Shown: positions 1 to 9,919 of the stretch, piece by piece
Layout of the letters: every line of letters begins with the position of its first letter
Position numbering within the stretch: position 1 is the first letter of the stretch
Source of the DNA: Lentimicrobiaceae bacterium
GTDB taxonomy: Bacteria > Bacteroidota > Bacteroidia > Bacteroidales > UBA4417
Assembly: GCA_031550085.1 (NCBI GenBank)
Contig: JAVBOY010000003.1
Span: 4,006-68,005 of the forward strand
Reading direction: 5' to 3'
Length of the DNA stretch: 64,000 nt
Translations under genes and position numbers: made by a program
Notes under the pieces: model-generated
Databases searched by the model: none
What the model saw: the letters and a program-made list of their open reading frames with translations, nothing else
Told to the model about the DNA's origin: nothing

Positions 1-607
1 GGTTGTAGTCGTTTCCTTCTATTTGCGTAGTTCAAAATTACCACGATTTTTCAAAGAACGCAATCAAATCACAACTGAGGAAATGCGAATCTATAATAGT
101 TTCCTGTTCAAAATTACCACGATTTTTCAAAGAACGCAATCAAATCACAACATGATCTGGTACTTTGCCGTTTCCGGATCGGTTCAAAATTACCACGATT
201 TTTCAAAGAACGCAATCAAATCACAACAACTCGGATACCGAGTTATTGAACAATTAAGTTCAAAATTACCACGATTTTTCAAAGAACGCAATCAAATCAC
301 AACAGAGTGTCAAAATAGGATCAAAAACAATTTGTTCAAAATTACCACGATTTTTCAAAGAACGCAATCAAATCACAACGCGGAACCATCATCGGACTTG
401 GAGCCAATAGTTCAAAATTACCACGATTTTTCAAAGAACGCAATCAAATCACAACTACAAGCACACACCCGTCTTCATATGTTGAGTTCAAAATTACCAC
501 GATTTTTCAAAGAATGCAATCAAATCACAACCTCGAAGCCGCTCCACCCGCACAAAAACGCATTCAAAATTACCACGATTATTCAAAGAATACGATCAAA
601 TCCAAAA
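1..607 (-). CRISPR. CRISPR array truncated by the window start; 46-nt repeat, 30-nt spacers, Bacteroidota type II-C-like repeat
   Basis: Seven 46-nt direct repeats (gttcaaaattaccacgatttttcaaagaacgcaatcaaatcacaac) start at 30, 106, 182, 258, 334, 410 and 486. The repeat at 486 has one SNP. A degenerate eighth repeat lies at 562-607. The period is a strict 76 nt with unique 30-nt spacers. Nt 1-29 is another spacer, so the array continues left of the window. The reverse complement begins GTTGTGATTTG, so the minus strand is given as the likely transcribed strand. Confidence 0.95.
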
Positions 608-640
608 TATCGTATTGGCATTTATAAAGTACACAAAACA

Positions 641-676
641 CCAAGAGGCCGTTTAAGGCGGCCTCTTGGTATTTTG
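641..676. terminator. Bidirectional rho-independent terminator between the CRISPR array and the lipoprotein gene
   Basis: An 11-bp GC-rich stem pairs ccaagaggccg (641-651) with cggcctcttgg (659-669). It is followed by tattttg on the plus strand and by tgttttgtgt on the minus strand. Confidence 0.8.
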
Positions 677-720
677 CGTGTCGTTCTAATGGAATTTACA
701 TTTAGAATATCCCTCAAACA

Positions 721-1845
721 TTAGTAGGCAATATTGTCTACCGCAAGAATGGATGAAAGGATATGATCTGACACATCGGTTACGGTAAAAGTGACGTAAG
801 CAGGCGATCCGACATTGGGGAAATGGATGGTATGCTGTTTCCAACCCGTATGGCCGGTATAATCATCACCGCCATCGGGCATGCCAGGGAATCCTGTGAA
901 AACGGTATTTCCTTCAAAACCGACTTTGTTCACACTGGTGATAAATTCCGAATAGGATCCATTGGGGCCGGAAATCGTAACAATTGCACAGTCGTCATAT
1001 TCGGAATCCACATAGTCATTAAATTCTGCCGAAATAAAATCGTAATAAAAAGTGAGCGTACTCATATTTTTATTTATAGGGCCTAAAATCATCATGCTGC
1101 TGGCATTACCGATTGCATACCCCATTTCGGATACAAGTGCATTGCCCGATGATATGGCTGCATACTTTTCTCCGGCTTGCGGATAAAGGGAGCCTGTTGT
1201 TCCCATACGAATGGATCCGTCTCCGATAAACAAAACACCTGCATTCCCATTCTCGAATCCACCGTTGTTTTCAAAGTCTCCATTTGTACTCTCGGTGGTT
1301 TCATAACTAAACACAAGGTCTTCAATCATGCTATTTCCGCCATCATCTTGTAAGCCCTTTTTAATGGTGACCTTAATGGTTTTATTTGCAGCAAACTTTT
1401 CGGCCGGCGTAAATGTCATAATCGCATAACCACTTGCACTTTCGTTAATCACAAGTGTACCCGGGACGCTTGTTCCGTTAACTTTAACTTCAATATTCGC
1501 CTTTATGGAGTTGAGATAAACTTTATCATTAAAAAAGAGCATAACCGGTATATTGGCCGGAAACTTTTCAAGTGTTGTGTTTTGACTTGCCTTAAATTTA
1601 GGTGCTGTACCGTTTCGATGCGCCGACGGAGCCTTTGCAAAAAGGGATAAATTGCTTCCCGAAGGTATTGTTTGCACAATAGCAAGCGGTTCGTAATCAT
1701 CTAAATCTGCGATTGTCGTAACAGCTCCATTCCCATTATTGATAATCGTAAGTTCAGGGGTTGTGTCTTTGTCTTTTTTGCAAGAGTTAAAAATAACTGT
1801 CGACACTAGAAAAGCAAAGCAAAAGAATAAAGAGATTTTTTTCAT
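721..1845 (-). CDS. Surface lipoprotein with an Ig-like domain and a C-terminal jelly-roll-like domain; function unknown
   Basis: The ORF is 721..1947, and I prefer the internal start MKKISLFFCFAFLVSTVIFNSC (signal peptide plus lipobox Cys). The middle region resembles bacterial Ig-like (SbsA/Big_5-type) domains. The C-terminal region (FENG...DFISAEFNDYVDSEYDD) is not assigned to a family. Confidence 0.7.
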   Translation of the reverse strand: MKKISLFFCFAFLVSTVIFNSCKKDKDTTPELTIINNGNGAVTTIADLDDYEPLAIVQTIPSGSNLSLFAKAPSAHRNGTAPKFKASQNTTLEKFPANIPVMLFFNDKVYLNSIKANIEVKVNGTSVPGTLVINESASGYAIMTFTPAEKFAANKTIKVTIKKGLQDDGGNSMIEDLVFSYETTESTNGDFENNGGFENGNAGVLFIGDGSIRMGTTGSLYPQAGEKYAAISSGNALVSEMGYAIGNASSMMILGPINKNMSTLTFYYDFISAEFNDYVDSEYDDCAIVTISGPNGSYSEFITSVNKVGFEGNTVFTGFPGMPDGGDDYTGHTGWKQHTIHFPNVGSPAYVTFTVTDVSDHILSSILAVDNIAY

Positions 1846-2324
1846 ATGACCTGTTTTTGTAAATATTTCTACGGCAAAAGTAGGGCCGGGAAAAAGCAAA
1901 AACAATCCCCTTTTGGGAGGGGGGAGAATAAAAAATAATGGATCCAAAGGCCTGAAAAGAATTTCTTCGGAATCAAAAAATAAGGATCGTAAGTGAACAA
2001 ATTATCTATCTCCGTTGAAGCGAAACGAAGAGTATCTATTTATTTGAAAGTTTTATTAAAACATAATTGATTACATTTTCTATTATTATCTAATATAAAA
2101 TTGACAAAATACCAGCAAAACACAATCAAATTGACACCAAAATAAGTATCGGGTTTTTAATCGGGTTGGTTCCAGAATTATTTCTGTTTTTCAAGGGACA
2201 TGATTGGAGCACAGATTTTTTACAAAAAATAAAAATAACAATTTCAAATACAAGATTTTTTTATCTTTACTGCCCTCTTTTTCACTTATTTTTGAGCAAG
2301 TTGATTTTCTATATTCCCAAAATC

Positions 2325-5300
2325 ATGATGCCTATGAAACGTTTGTTTACACTCGCCACCGTATTTTTTGCTTTTTGCATAACGGCTTATTCCCAAGTGA
2401 TTCCTGACAATATTATTTCGGCTGATTGTTATGGAAATGTAAGCCCCAGCGCTTGGAGCGTGAACGAGGCTTGGAGAAGTACACAGGAAGTGTGCGCATT
2501 AATTACTCCTGTGGTAGGCGACTTGGACGGTGACGGGATTCCTGAGATAGTAGCAGCAGGGCCTAGAGTAGGAAATACGAAATACTTTAACAAACTGTAC
2601 ATATTTAAAGGGGAAAACCGCAATTCTGTAAAAACAATAAACACGGGGAATGTTGGCTTTAGGAATTTAGGTGCTTTTGCCATAGGAAAAACCACAATCG
2701 ATGGAGAAGAAAAAGCCATTATTGTTGTGGCGCTAGCTTCCGGAAAACTGCAAGCCTGGGATCCCAACGGATCGTTAACGGTACCCTTGTGGACATCCAC
2801 TGCCAACTTCGTTTCGGGGACTTCAGCCATAGATATGTTCACATCCGTGCATTTTGCTGATTTCGACGGCGATGGTGTTCCTGAGATTTATACCTCCGAC
2901 CGTATTTTTGATTCCTCCACCGGAAAACTGTTGGTAAGCAAAACTGGAGGAGGAAGCCGGGGTGAAGTGAGTATGTGGGCTTATCGCTCTGCGAAACATT
3001 ATTTTTCACATGTCGCCGATGTGATGGGCGAAGGTAAACCCCAATTAATCCTTGCCAATGAGGTGTACCGGGTAAATATTGTCAGCAAAACCGATCCCAC
3101 ACAAAACAGCTTGGCTTTGGCAAGTTCAATTCTTCCCTTTGCTTTACCAGGTGTTGAAAAACTTGACGGGGTATCCTTGGCTGTGGATATCAATCAAGAT
3201 GGTTTATTGGATGTATTGGTTGTTTCTTCGGGTGATGATACGCACCTAAAAGTTGGATTGTATGCGTGGGATCCCCGAACACAAAATGTGATTGCACAAA
3301 CCGTGTTTACAGACGTATCGCCTCAATCCTCCACTTTATCTCAAGCCGGAGTTCCTTTTGTGGGGGATGTAGATGGCGATGGAAAGCTCGAAGTACTGAT
3401 GGTAAATAGTGATAAAATTCACGGATTTAGAATTTTCAACGATATGTTTTTAGAGGTATACAATATGCCGGTGAACGATCCTTCCGGCACCACGGGGATT
3501 ACCCTTTTTGATTTTAACCAGGACGGAACGGCAGAACTGGTGTACCGCGATGAGCAAAATTTACGTATTATGCGTGCCAATCCTTTTTTTCAAAACTTTT
3601 CAACCTTGCAATCCTATCCTTGCGGTTCGGCAACCATTTGGGAATACCCCTTGGTAGCAGATGTGGATAACGACGGATCTGCAGAGATTGTTGCTATTGG
3701 TGGAGGTTCTGCAGCCTATGATGGTACACTACGTATTTACAAGTCGGGCAATGCTTCCAGCCCATGGGCGCCGGCACGCAGGGTTTGGAATCAATACGCT
3801 TACAACGTGGTCAATGTAAACGAAGATTTAACCATACCAAAAATACAGTACAACAGTGCCACACCTTTTTCAGGTGGTGTCTGCAACAGTGCCACTCCCA
3901 CACAACCCTTCAACGGTTTTCTACAACAGGCTACCACCTTGAACCAATACGGTTGTCCATTCTGGTTGCTGCCTGATATCGTGTTCGATGGGCCCGTAAA
4001 TTATACCGTATATCCCGACGGCGATTCGTTGGTTATCCAATTAACCTTGAAAAATCAAGGTGATGCGGCAGCACAAGCGCCTTTCTACATCAGCGTCTAT
4101 AAAAATTCGGTATCCATCCCCAATCTGGTGCACACCCATGCACATCCCAATCCGATTGGCAAGGGAGAAAGTGCTACGATAAAATTTACGATTTACAACC
4201 TGAGCGCATTTAGCCCCTTTAGCTCCCTTATTGTTAAATTTAACGATAACGGAACGGGGATTTCTTTTCAACCCGAATGTGACAGTACCTACAACAATGT
4301 CCCCATTGACGTGAAAATGGGAATGGGGTGCGCGGATGATTATGCAACTACCGGAACCAATCATCCGGTTACCATTGATGTTCCTCTCAATGACAGCTAT
4401 CCCGGATGCAACCGGCCGGATATTACCATTTCAATAACATCCGTACCGGCACACGGTACAGCTACGGTCAATGCCAATAAAGACATCGTCTACACTCCTA
4501 TTACCGGATGGTATGGTATCGACAGTTTGCGGTACCTGCTTACCGATTGCCATGCTGAAAAAGATTCCGCCATGGCATATATCGCCACACTCAAACCCGG
4601 GGCACTCATGTACGTGGCTTGTCCCAATGCAACAACAACCTTAAGTTTGCATGACATACCCGGTGTGAAATACTACTGGTATACTGCCCAAACGGAGGGA
4701 ATATTGGTCTCGGGAGGAAGCAATGCAAGCAGTTTGACTGTAACTAAAAACGCATCCGCTCAAGAAACCTGGTGGGTAGAAGCACGTTATGGCTCCATCA
4801 TCTTCCCGCGCTATAGGATCGATCTGTTTCTAAGTGAAAGTTGCGGCGGAACTCAAACAGCCTGTGCTTCTACAGGAAGCCTTTTATTCCGAGAAGACTT
4901 TGGCGGAAACCTTTCGAGCGATCCCGTGTATAAACCCACAGGAATCCCCCAAGTTACAGGATACAATTATGTAACAACTACTTCATCATCAGACGGCGTA
5001 TATTGGATCCGGAAACAAAGCATCGACCATTCCGGGCTTTGGTATATCTTCGATGACCACACCTATCCTCAGGATGTTACCCGGGGCTATCTCCTACAGG
5101 TAAATGCCTCCCAAGCACCGGGACAATTTTATGAACAAACTATCGAGGGTTTATGCGAAGGTGGCAAATTGACCTTTACCGCCTGGATTTCCAGCGTCGT
5201 GCTTGATGCCTTCGGCGTTGACAAAACAAACATGGTGTTTTTGTTAGAAGACACTCACGAAGAAACAATTGCACAATATTATACCGGAGATGTCCCCGAT

Positions 5301-7010
5301 ATGGATCCGGCCTGGAAGCAATATGGATTCGAATTTACAGTTCCCCAAGGTATCAATTCATTGAAACTGCGCATCATAAACAACGGAACAGGTTCTGTGG
5401 GCAATGATTTTGTCATGGACGATATCGAAGTGCGTTTGTGTACGCCTCCCGTAACAGCAACCGTAAACGGACTGACAAGCGATACCATTTGTGCGGGAGA
5501 TGGAGTCAATTTAACAGCTTCTTATACCGATAACGGTACGTTCCCCGGAGGATTGGTAGGATACTGGTTGAAATCAACCACCGGAAACATCAACGATCCT
5601 TCCGAATGGACCAGGATAAGCAGTTCCGACGTAACAGGAGGAGGATCTATTTCCTCTTCCATCTCCGATAATCCCGCAGGAACAACCATCTATTACCGCT
5701 TTGTAACAGCCAACTCAGCCAATATCAACAATCCTATGTGCCGGGCTGCTTCCGACGTCTTATCGGTATATTTCCGGCCCGTTCCTTCATTTACCATTCA
5801 ACATGCGGCTACCTGTTCTGAACCCATTAATCTCTACGCCTGTGTCCTGGATTTAAAAGATGCCCTTCCGGACAGCCTTAAATTCAGTACCGAGGATACT
5901 TTCACCTCTGGCCTTATTAGCAATCCTTCCAGTTACGTCTTTACAGGAATTACAACCATTTATGTAAAAGCATCCAACGGTTGTACCTCCGCGGTACAAG
6001 AAATTACCATTACTGCAGGTGCCTTGTGGGTCGTTATTCCCACAGACAGTGTGAAAAACGTATCCTGTTATGGTGGAAGTGACGGAAGCGCTTTGGCAAG
6101 GCCTTTAAACGGCACCTCTCCTTATACATACCTCTGGAACACAACGCCTCCGCAAACCGACAGCCTAGCTATGGGTCTGGCTAAAGGCACATATTCTTGT
6201 ACAGTGGCCGATGCGGTGGGTTGTGTCGGCACGACCGATAATATCATCCTTACCGAACCGGATCAAATTACCGTGGATAGTATTAAAGCAGCGAATACGT
6301 TCTGCAACGAACCTTACGGACGGTGCCAGGTGTTCCTTAAAGGAGGAACTTCGCCCTATTCCTTTACGTATGACGGAGGAACGACTTGGGATACCTCAAA
6401 TCCAAAAACAGCCTTGATGCCTGGGGATTATCTGGTTATGGCAAAAGACAGCCTGGACTGCTTGACAGGAACCTATCCTTTCACCATTGCAGACAGTCCG
6501 CTACAAGTGTCCATTGCGGCTTCCGATACGGTTTGCAAAACTCAAAACATGGTATTGAGCCCGGGAGTTATTCCACTTTCTTATTTGTGGCAGGATGGAA
6601 GTACTTCGCAAACATGCCCCGTATCGGATATTGGCTGGTATTGGGTAAAAGTTTTCCAGTCGCCCACCTGCCAGGCTGTGGATTCGGTCTATGTGGAAAA
6701 TTGCAACCTGATCGATTTCCTGTTTTTCCCCAGCGCTTTTTCCCCTAATGGTGACGGGCTGAATGACGTATTTATCCTGATACTCAACCCTAAGATCGCA
6801 GATCAGGTGCCGGAAGATCATTTTGCAATGCAGGTTTATGATAAATGGGGCGGGCTTGTTTTTCAAACGAAAAATCCTAAGATTGGATGGGATGGAACCA
6901 ACTCGGGGCAAAAATGTCCGGTAGGAGTCTATACCTATCTGGTAAAATACCTCGACCCGCTTGAAAACAAAGCCAAAACTCTCCGGGGAAGCGTATTATT
7001 ATTGGAATGA
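2325..7010 (+). CDS. Giant T9SS cargo: FG-GAP/VCBS beta-propeller, cadherin/Ig-like domains, CBM-like jelly roll, SprB repeats and a type B (gliding-motility-associated) C-terminal sorting domain
   Basis: The start is taken at MMPMKRLFTLATVFFAFCITAYSQ (signal peptide) inside the 2166..7010 ORF. FG-GAP calcium motifs recur (GDLDGDGIPEIV, FADFDGDGVPEIY, GDVDGDGKLEVL, FDFNQDGTAELV, ADVDNDGSAEIV). SprB-type repeats are present (VSCYGGSDGS...SPYTYLW). The C-terminus is FPSAFSPNGDGLNDVF...WDGT...GVYTYLV...LLLE. Confidence 0.9.
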   Translation: MMPMKRLFTLATVFFAFCITAYSQVIPDNIISADCYGNVSPSAWSVNEAWRSTQEVCALITPVVGDLDGDGIPEIVAAGPRVGNTKYFNKLYIFKGENRNSVKTINTGNVGFRNLGAFAIGKTTIDGEEKAIIVVALASGKLQAWDPNGSLTVPLWTSTANFVSGTSAIDMFTSVHFADFDGDGVPEIYTSDRIFDSSTGKLLVSKTGGGSRGEVSMWAYRSAKHYFSHVADVMGEGKPQLILANEVYRVNIVSKTDPTQNSLALASSILPFALPGVEKLDGVSLAVDINQDGLLDVLVVSSGDDTHLKVGLYAWDPRTQNVIAQTVFTDVSPQSSTLSQAGVPFVGDVDGDGKLEVLMVNSDKIHGFRIFNDMFLEVYNMPVNDPSGTTGITLFDFNQDGTAELVYRDEQNLRIMRANPFFQNFSTLQSYPCGSATIWEYPLVADVDNDGSAEIVAIGGGSAAYDGTLRIYKSGNASSPWAPARRVWNQYAYNVVNVNEDLTIPKIQYNSATPFSGGVCNSATPTQPFNGFLQQATTLNQYGCPFWLLPDIVFDGPVNYTVYPDGDSLVIQLTLKNQGDAAAQAPFYISVYKNSVSIPNLVHTHAHPNPIGKGESATIKFTIYNLSAFSPFSSLIVKFNDNGTGISFQPECDSTYNNVPIDVKMGMGCADDYATTGTNHPVTIDVPLNDSYPGCNRPDITISITSVPAHGTATVNANKDIVYTPITGWYGIDSLRYLLTDCHAEKDSAMAYIATLKPGALMYVACPNATTTLSLHDIPGVKYYWYTAQTEGILVSGGSNASSLTVTKNASAQETWWVEARYGSIIFPRYRIDLFLSESCGGTQTACASTGSLLFREDFGGNLSSDPVYKPTGIPQVTGYNYVTTTSSSDGVYWIRKQSIDHSGLWYIFDDHTYPQDVTRGYLLQVNASQAPGQFYEQTIEGLCEGGKLTFTAWISSVVLDAFGVDKTNMVFLLEDTHEETIAQYYTGDVPDMDPAWKQYGFEFTVPQGINSLKLRIINNGTGSVGNDFVMDDIEVRLCTPPVTATVNGLTSDTICAGDGVNLTASYTDNGTFPGGLVGYWLKSTTGNINDPSEWTRISSSDVTGGGSISSSISDNPAGTTIYYRFVTANSANINNPMCRAASDVLSVYFRPVPSFTIQHAATCSEPINLYACVLDLKDALPDSLKFSTEDTFTSGLISNPSSYVFTGITTIYVKASNGCTSAVQEITITAGALWVVIPTDSVKNVSCYGGSDGSALARPLNGTSPYTYLWNTTPPQTDSLAMGLAKGTYSCTVADAVGCVGTTDNIILTEPDQITVDSIKAANTFCNEPYGRCQVFLKGGTSPYSFTYDGGTTWDTSNPKTALMPGDYLVMAKDSLDCLTGTYPFTIADSPLQVSIAASDTVCKTQNMVLSPGVIPLSYLWQDGSTSQTCPVSDIGWYWVKVFQSPTCQAVDSVYVENCNLIDFLFFPSAFSPNGDGLNDVFILILNPKIADQVPEDHFAMQVYDKWGGLVFQTKNPKIGWDGTNSGQKCPVGVYTYLVKYLDPLENKAKTLRGSVLLLE

Positions 7011-7050
7011 AGGAAAGCATCAAAATTTAACAAGCTTCAAAAACAATTCA

Positions 7051-9874
7051 ATGAGATCATTTCATATCCTTTTTATATTATTTTTTACTTTTTTCATATC
7101 AGCTGTTTCTGCACAAGAGCTGCCCGATAACATTATTTCCGCCGATTGCTATGGAAATATAAATCCTACCGAATGGAGTATCACTGAGGCCTGGCGGAGT
7201 TCGCAAGGCGTTTGCACACTTGTTACGCCAGTGATCGGTGATTTGGATGGTGATGGTATCCCTGAAATTGTGACAGCCGGTTTTTCTTACGATGATTATT
7301 TAACTGAAATATTTATATTCAATGGTGCAGATCGGGACGCTGTAAAAAACTATCTCTCTGGGGTATCCGGGTGTTCAATATAGACATCAAGGAGCTTTTG
7401 CCATTGGAAAAACAATCATTGGAAGTGTAGAAAAAGCGATTATTGTTGTGGCAAGGGATGATGGGAAATTACAGGCATGGGATCCCAATGGATCATTGAT
7501 GGGGCCTTTATGGACCTCTACCGATGATTTTATTTCATCCTTCAACTATGGCCGTGCGTTCACTTCCGTACATTTTGCTGATTTCGACGGAGATGGTATT
7601 CCTGAAATTTATACCTCCGACCGCATATTCGATTCGTCCACAGGAAAACTCTTGGTAAGCAAAACCGGAGGAAATCGGGGCGAAGTAGACATTACATCCC
7701 GGGGTGGAATAAACTATTTTTCACATGCTGCCGATGTATTGGGTGAAGGGAAACTTCAATTGATCCTTGCCAACGAGGTGTACCGGGTAAATATTGTAAG
7801 CAAAACTAATCCCTCCTTAAATAGCATGGGATTAGCAAGTACAATTTCTCCATCCGCCTTGCCGGGCCTGCAAAAACTGGATGGAGTATCCATGGCTGTC
7901 GATATCAATCAAGACGGGCTATTGGATGTATTAGTTGCATCCTCAGGAGAGAATACCGACAGGAAAGTGGGGTTGTATGCTTGGGACCCGCGAACCCAGA
8001 GTGTCATCGCTGAAACTGTTTTTTTTGACGAATCTTACCAGATGCCGGGATTATCTCAGGCAGGAATCCCTTTTGTGGGCGATGTGGATGGTGACGGAAA
8101 ACTCGAAGTATTGATGGTAAATACAGATGTAATTCATGGATTCCGGATTGCAGGTAATAAATTTGAATTGGTATATAATATGGTGGTTAACGATCCGTCG
8201 GGTACGACCGGCATCACCCTTTTTGATTTTAATCAAGACGGAACGGCAGAACTGGTGTACAGGGATGAGGATAACTTACGCATTATGCGTGCCAATCCAA
8301 CTCTACAAAATTTTACAACTTTAAAGTCCTATCCCTGCGGATCGGCAACTGTTTGGGAATTCCCCGTGGTGGCCGATGTAGATAACGATGGAGCTGCTGA
8401 AATCGTTGTGGTTGGCGAAGGGCATCGTGCTATGGAGGGCTCTTTACGTATCTACAAATCCGGCGACGCATCCAAACCTTGGGCACCGGCACGCAAAGTC
8501 TGGAATCAGTATGCCTACAATGTGATCAACGTAAATGAGGATTTAACCATACCAAAAAAACAGTACAATAGCGCCACTTTCTTTTCCGGTGGCGACTGTA
8601 ACAGTCCCACACCGAACCAACCCTTCAATAGTTTTTTGCAACAAGCAACCACGTTAAACCAACACGGTTGCCCGTTTTGGTTATTACCCGATATCGTATT
8701 TGACGGGCCGGTAACTTATACTTTACATCCTGATGGTGATTCTTTGGTTGTCCAATTAACATTGAAAAATCAAGGCGATGCGGCAGTGTTGGCGCCGCTC
8801 TACATCAGTGTTTATAAAAACACAATCACCGTTCTCAATCGAATATATACCTATTCTTATCCAAAACCCATACACAAGGGGTCAGGGGCTACGATCACAT
8901 TTACCATTCACAACATCAGTTCATTCAGACCGTTCCACTCGCTTATTGTGAAATTTAATGATAACGGAAATACGCTGAATTTCCAGCAGGAATGCGATCA
9001 CAGCAAAAATAACGACACAATCGACATTAAGATGGCGAACAGTTGCACGAACGATTACGCAACAACTCAAATAAATAAACCGGTGACCGTTAATGTGCTG
9101 CTTAATGACGGATTCCCTGGATGTACGCGAACCAATGTAGCCCTCTCCGAAACATTCGTATCTGCTCAAAAAGCCAAACATGGGGCTGTTTCATTCAATG
9201 CCAGCAAAGATCTCGTTTATACTCCCGATGCCGGTTGGTTTGGAATCGACAGTGTGCTCTATGTGCTCACGGACTGTGGCGGATATCAAGATTCCGCAAA
9301 AGTGTACATTATCACGTTCAAACCAGATTCTTCTTATATATCTTGCCCTAGCCTCAGCGTAACTTTGAACTTAGAAATGATACCGGGAGTACAATACGAT
9401 TGGTACAACACGCAGACAGGCGGAACCATAGTACCGGACGGCGGCAATGCAAACAGTTTAACTGTAATAAAAGACCTATCGGACCAACAATCCTGGTGGG
9501 TGGAAGCGCAGTATGGTACAATATCTTTCCCCCGCTACCGGATTGACCTAAATCTGAATACCAATTGCAACTTGGAAATGCTCTTATTACTTCCCAATGC
9601 TTTTACACCCAACGGAGATGGAAATAATGATGTATTTCTGATAATATGTGATTCTGACCTTAAAAGTTGGATTCAAAACGATTTTCTAATGCAAATTTAT
9701 GACAAATGGGGAGGGCTTGTTTTTCAAACGAAAAATCCCGATCCCGGCTGGGACGGAACCTCTTCAGGAAAAAAATGTCCTGCTGGCGTTTACACTTACC
9801 TCATAAAATATCACGATCCTCTAAATGGAAACAAACAGAAAAGTCTTCGGGGCAATGTATTATTATTGGAATAA
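7051..9874 (+). pseudogene. Shorter tandem paralog of the upstream FG-GAP / type B CTD T9SS cargo, split by a +1 frameshift in an A6 run
   Basis: ORF 6961..7383 (signal peptide MRSFHILFILFFTFFISAVSAQ from 7051) and ORF 7448..9874 align colinearly with the upstream paralog. The frames join if one A is removed from aaaaaa at 7344-7349. That gives AVK-TISLGYPGVQYRHQGAFAIGK, compared with SVKTINTGNVGFRNLGAFAIGK in the paralog. Confidence 0.85.
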
Positions 9875-9919
9875 ATTGTTTGTATGAAACAACTCCTATT
9901 CAAAAAATCAACAGATTCC

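Noticed and set aside
228-257. Spacer 3 contains a perfect 7-bp inverted repeat (aactcgg ata ccgagtt)
   Set aside because: It is a single short palindrome within one spacer. It probably reflects the protospacer source, such as a terminator, and has no implication for the array itself.
562-676. The degenerate terminal repeat plus the downstream hairpin terminator read on the plus strand as a possible tracrRNA (an imperfect anti-repeat followed by a roughly 70-nt tail ending in a terminator)
   Set aside because: The element is exactly in register with the array (30-nt spacer, 76-nt period). No TAnnTTTG promoter precedes it on the plus strand. The terminator is explained by the convergent lipoprotein gene. 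It cannot be fully excluded without RNA-seq, but a decayed terminal repeat is the simpler reading.
23-724. A 233-aa ORF on the plus strand spanning the whole CRISPR array
   Set aside because: Its protein is a periodic translation of the 46-nt repeat (SKLPRFFKERNQITT recurring). It is an artefact of the array, not a gene.
2121-2150. A 9-nt match (caatcaaat) to the CRISPR repeat in the intergenic region upstream of the cargo operon, considered as an anti-repeat
   Set aside because: The match is only 9 nt with no extension on either side. It is compatible with chance in AT-rich sequence.
6961-7050. The upstream extension of the second paralog ORF (start at 6961), which overlaps the end of the first cargo gene
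   Set aside because: The signal peptide begins at the ATG at 7051. The extension is an alternative-start artefact overlapping the previous gene's CTD.
7343-7350. The A_AAA_AAC heptamer at the frameshift site as a programmed -1 ribosomal frameshift signal
   Set aside because: The downstream frame is +1 relative to the upstream frame, and a -1 slip lands in the wrong frame. The A6 tract is also short for efficient transcriptional slippage.
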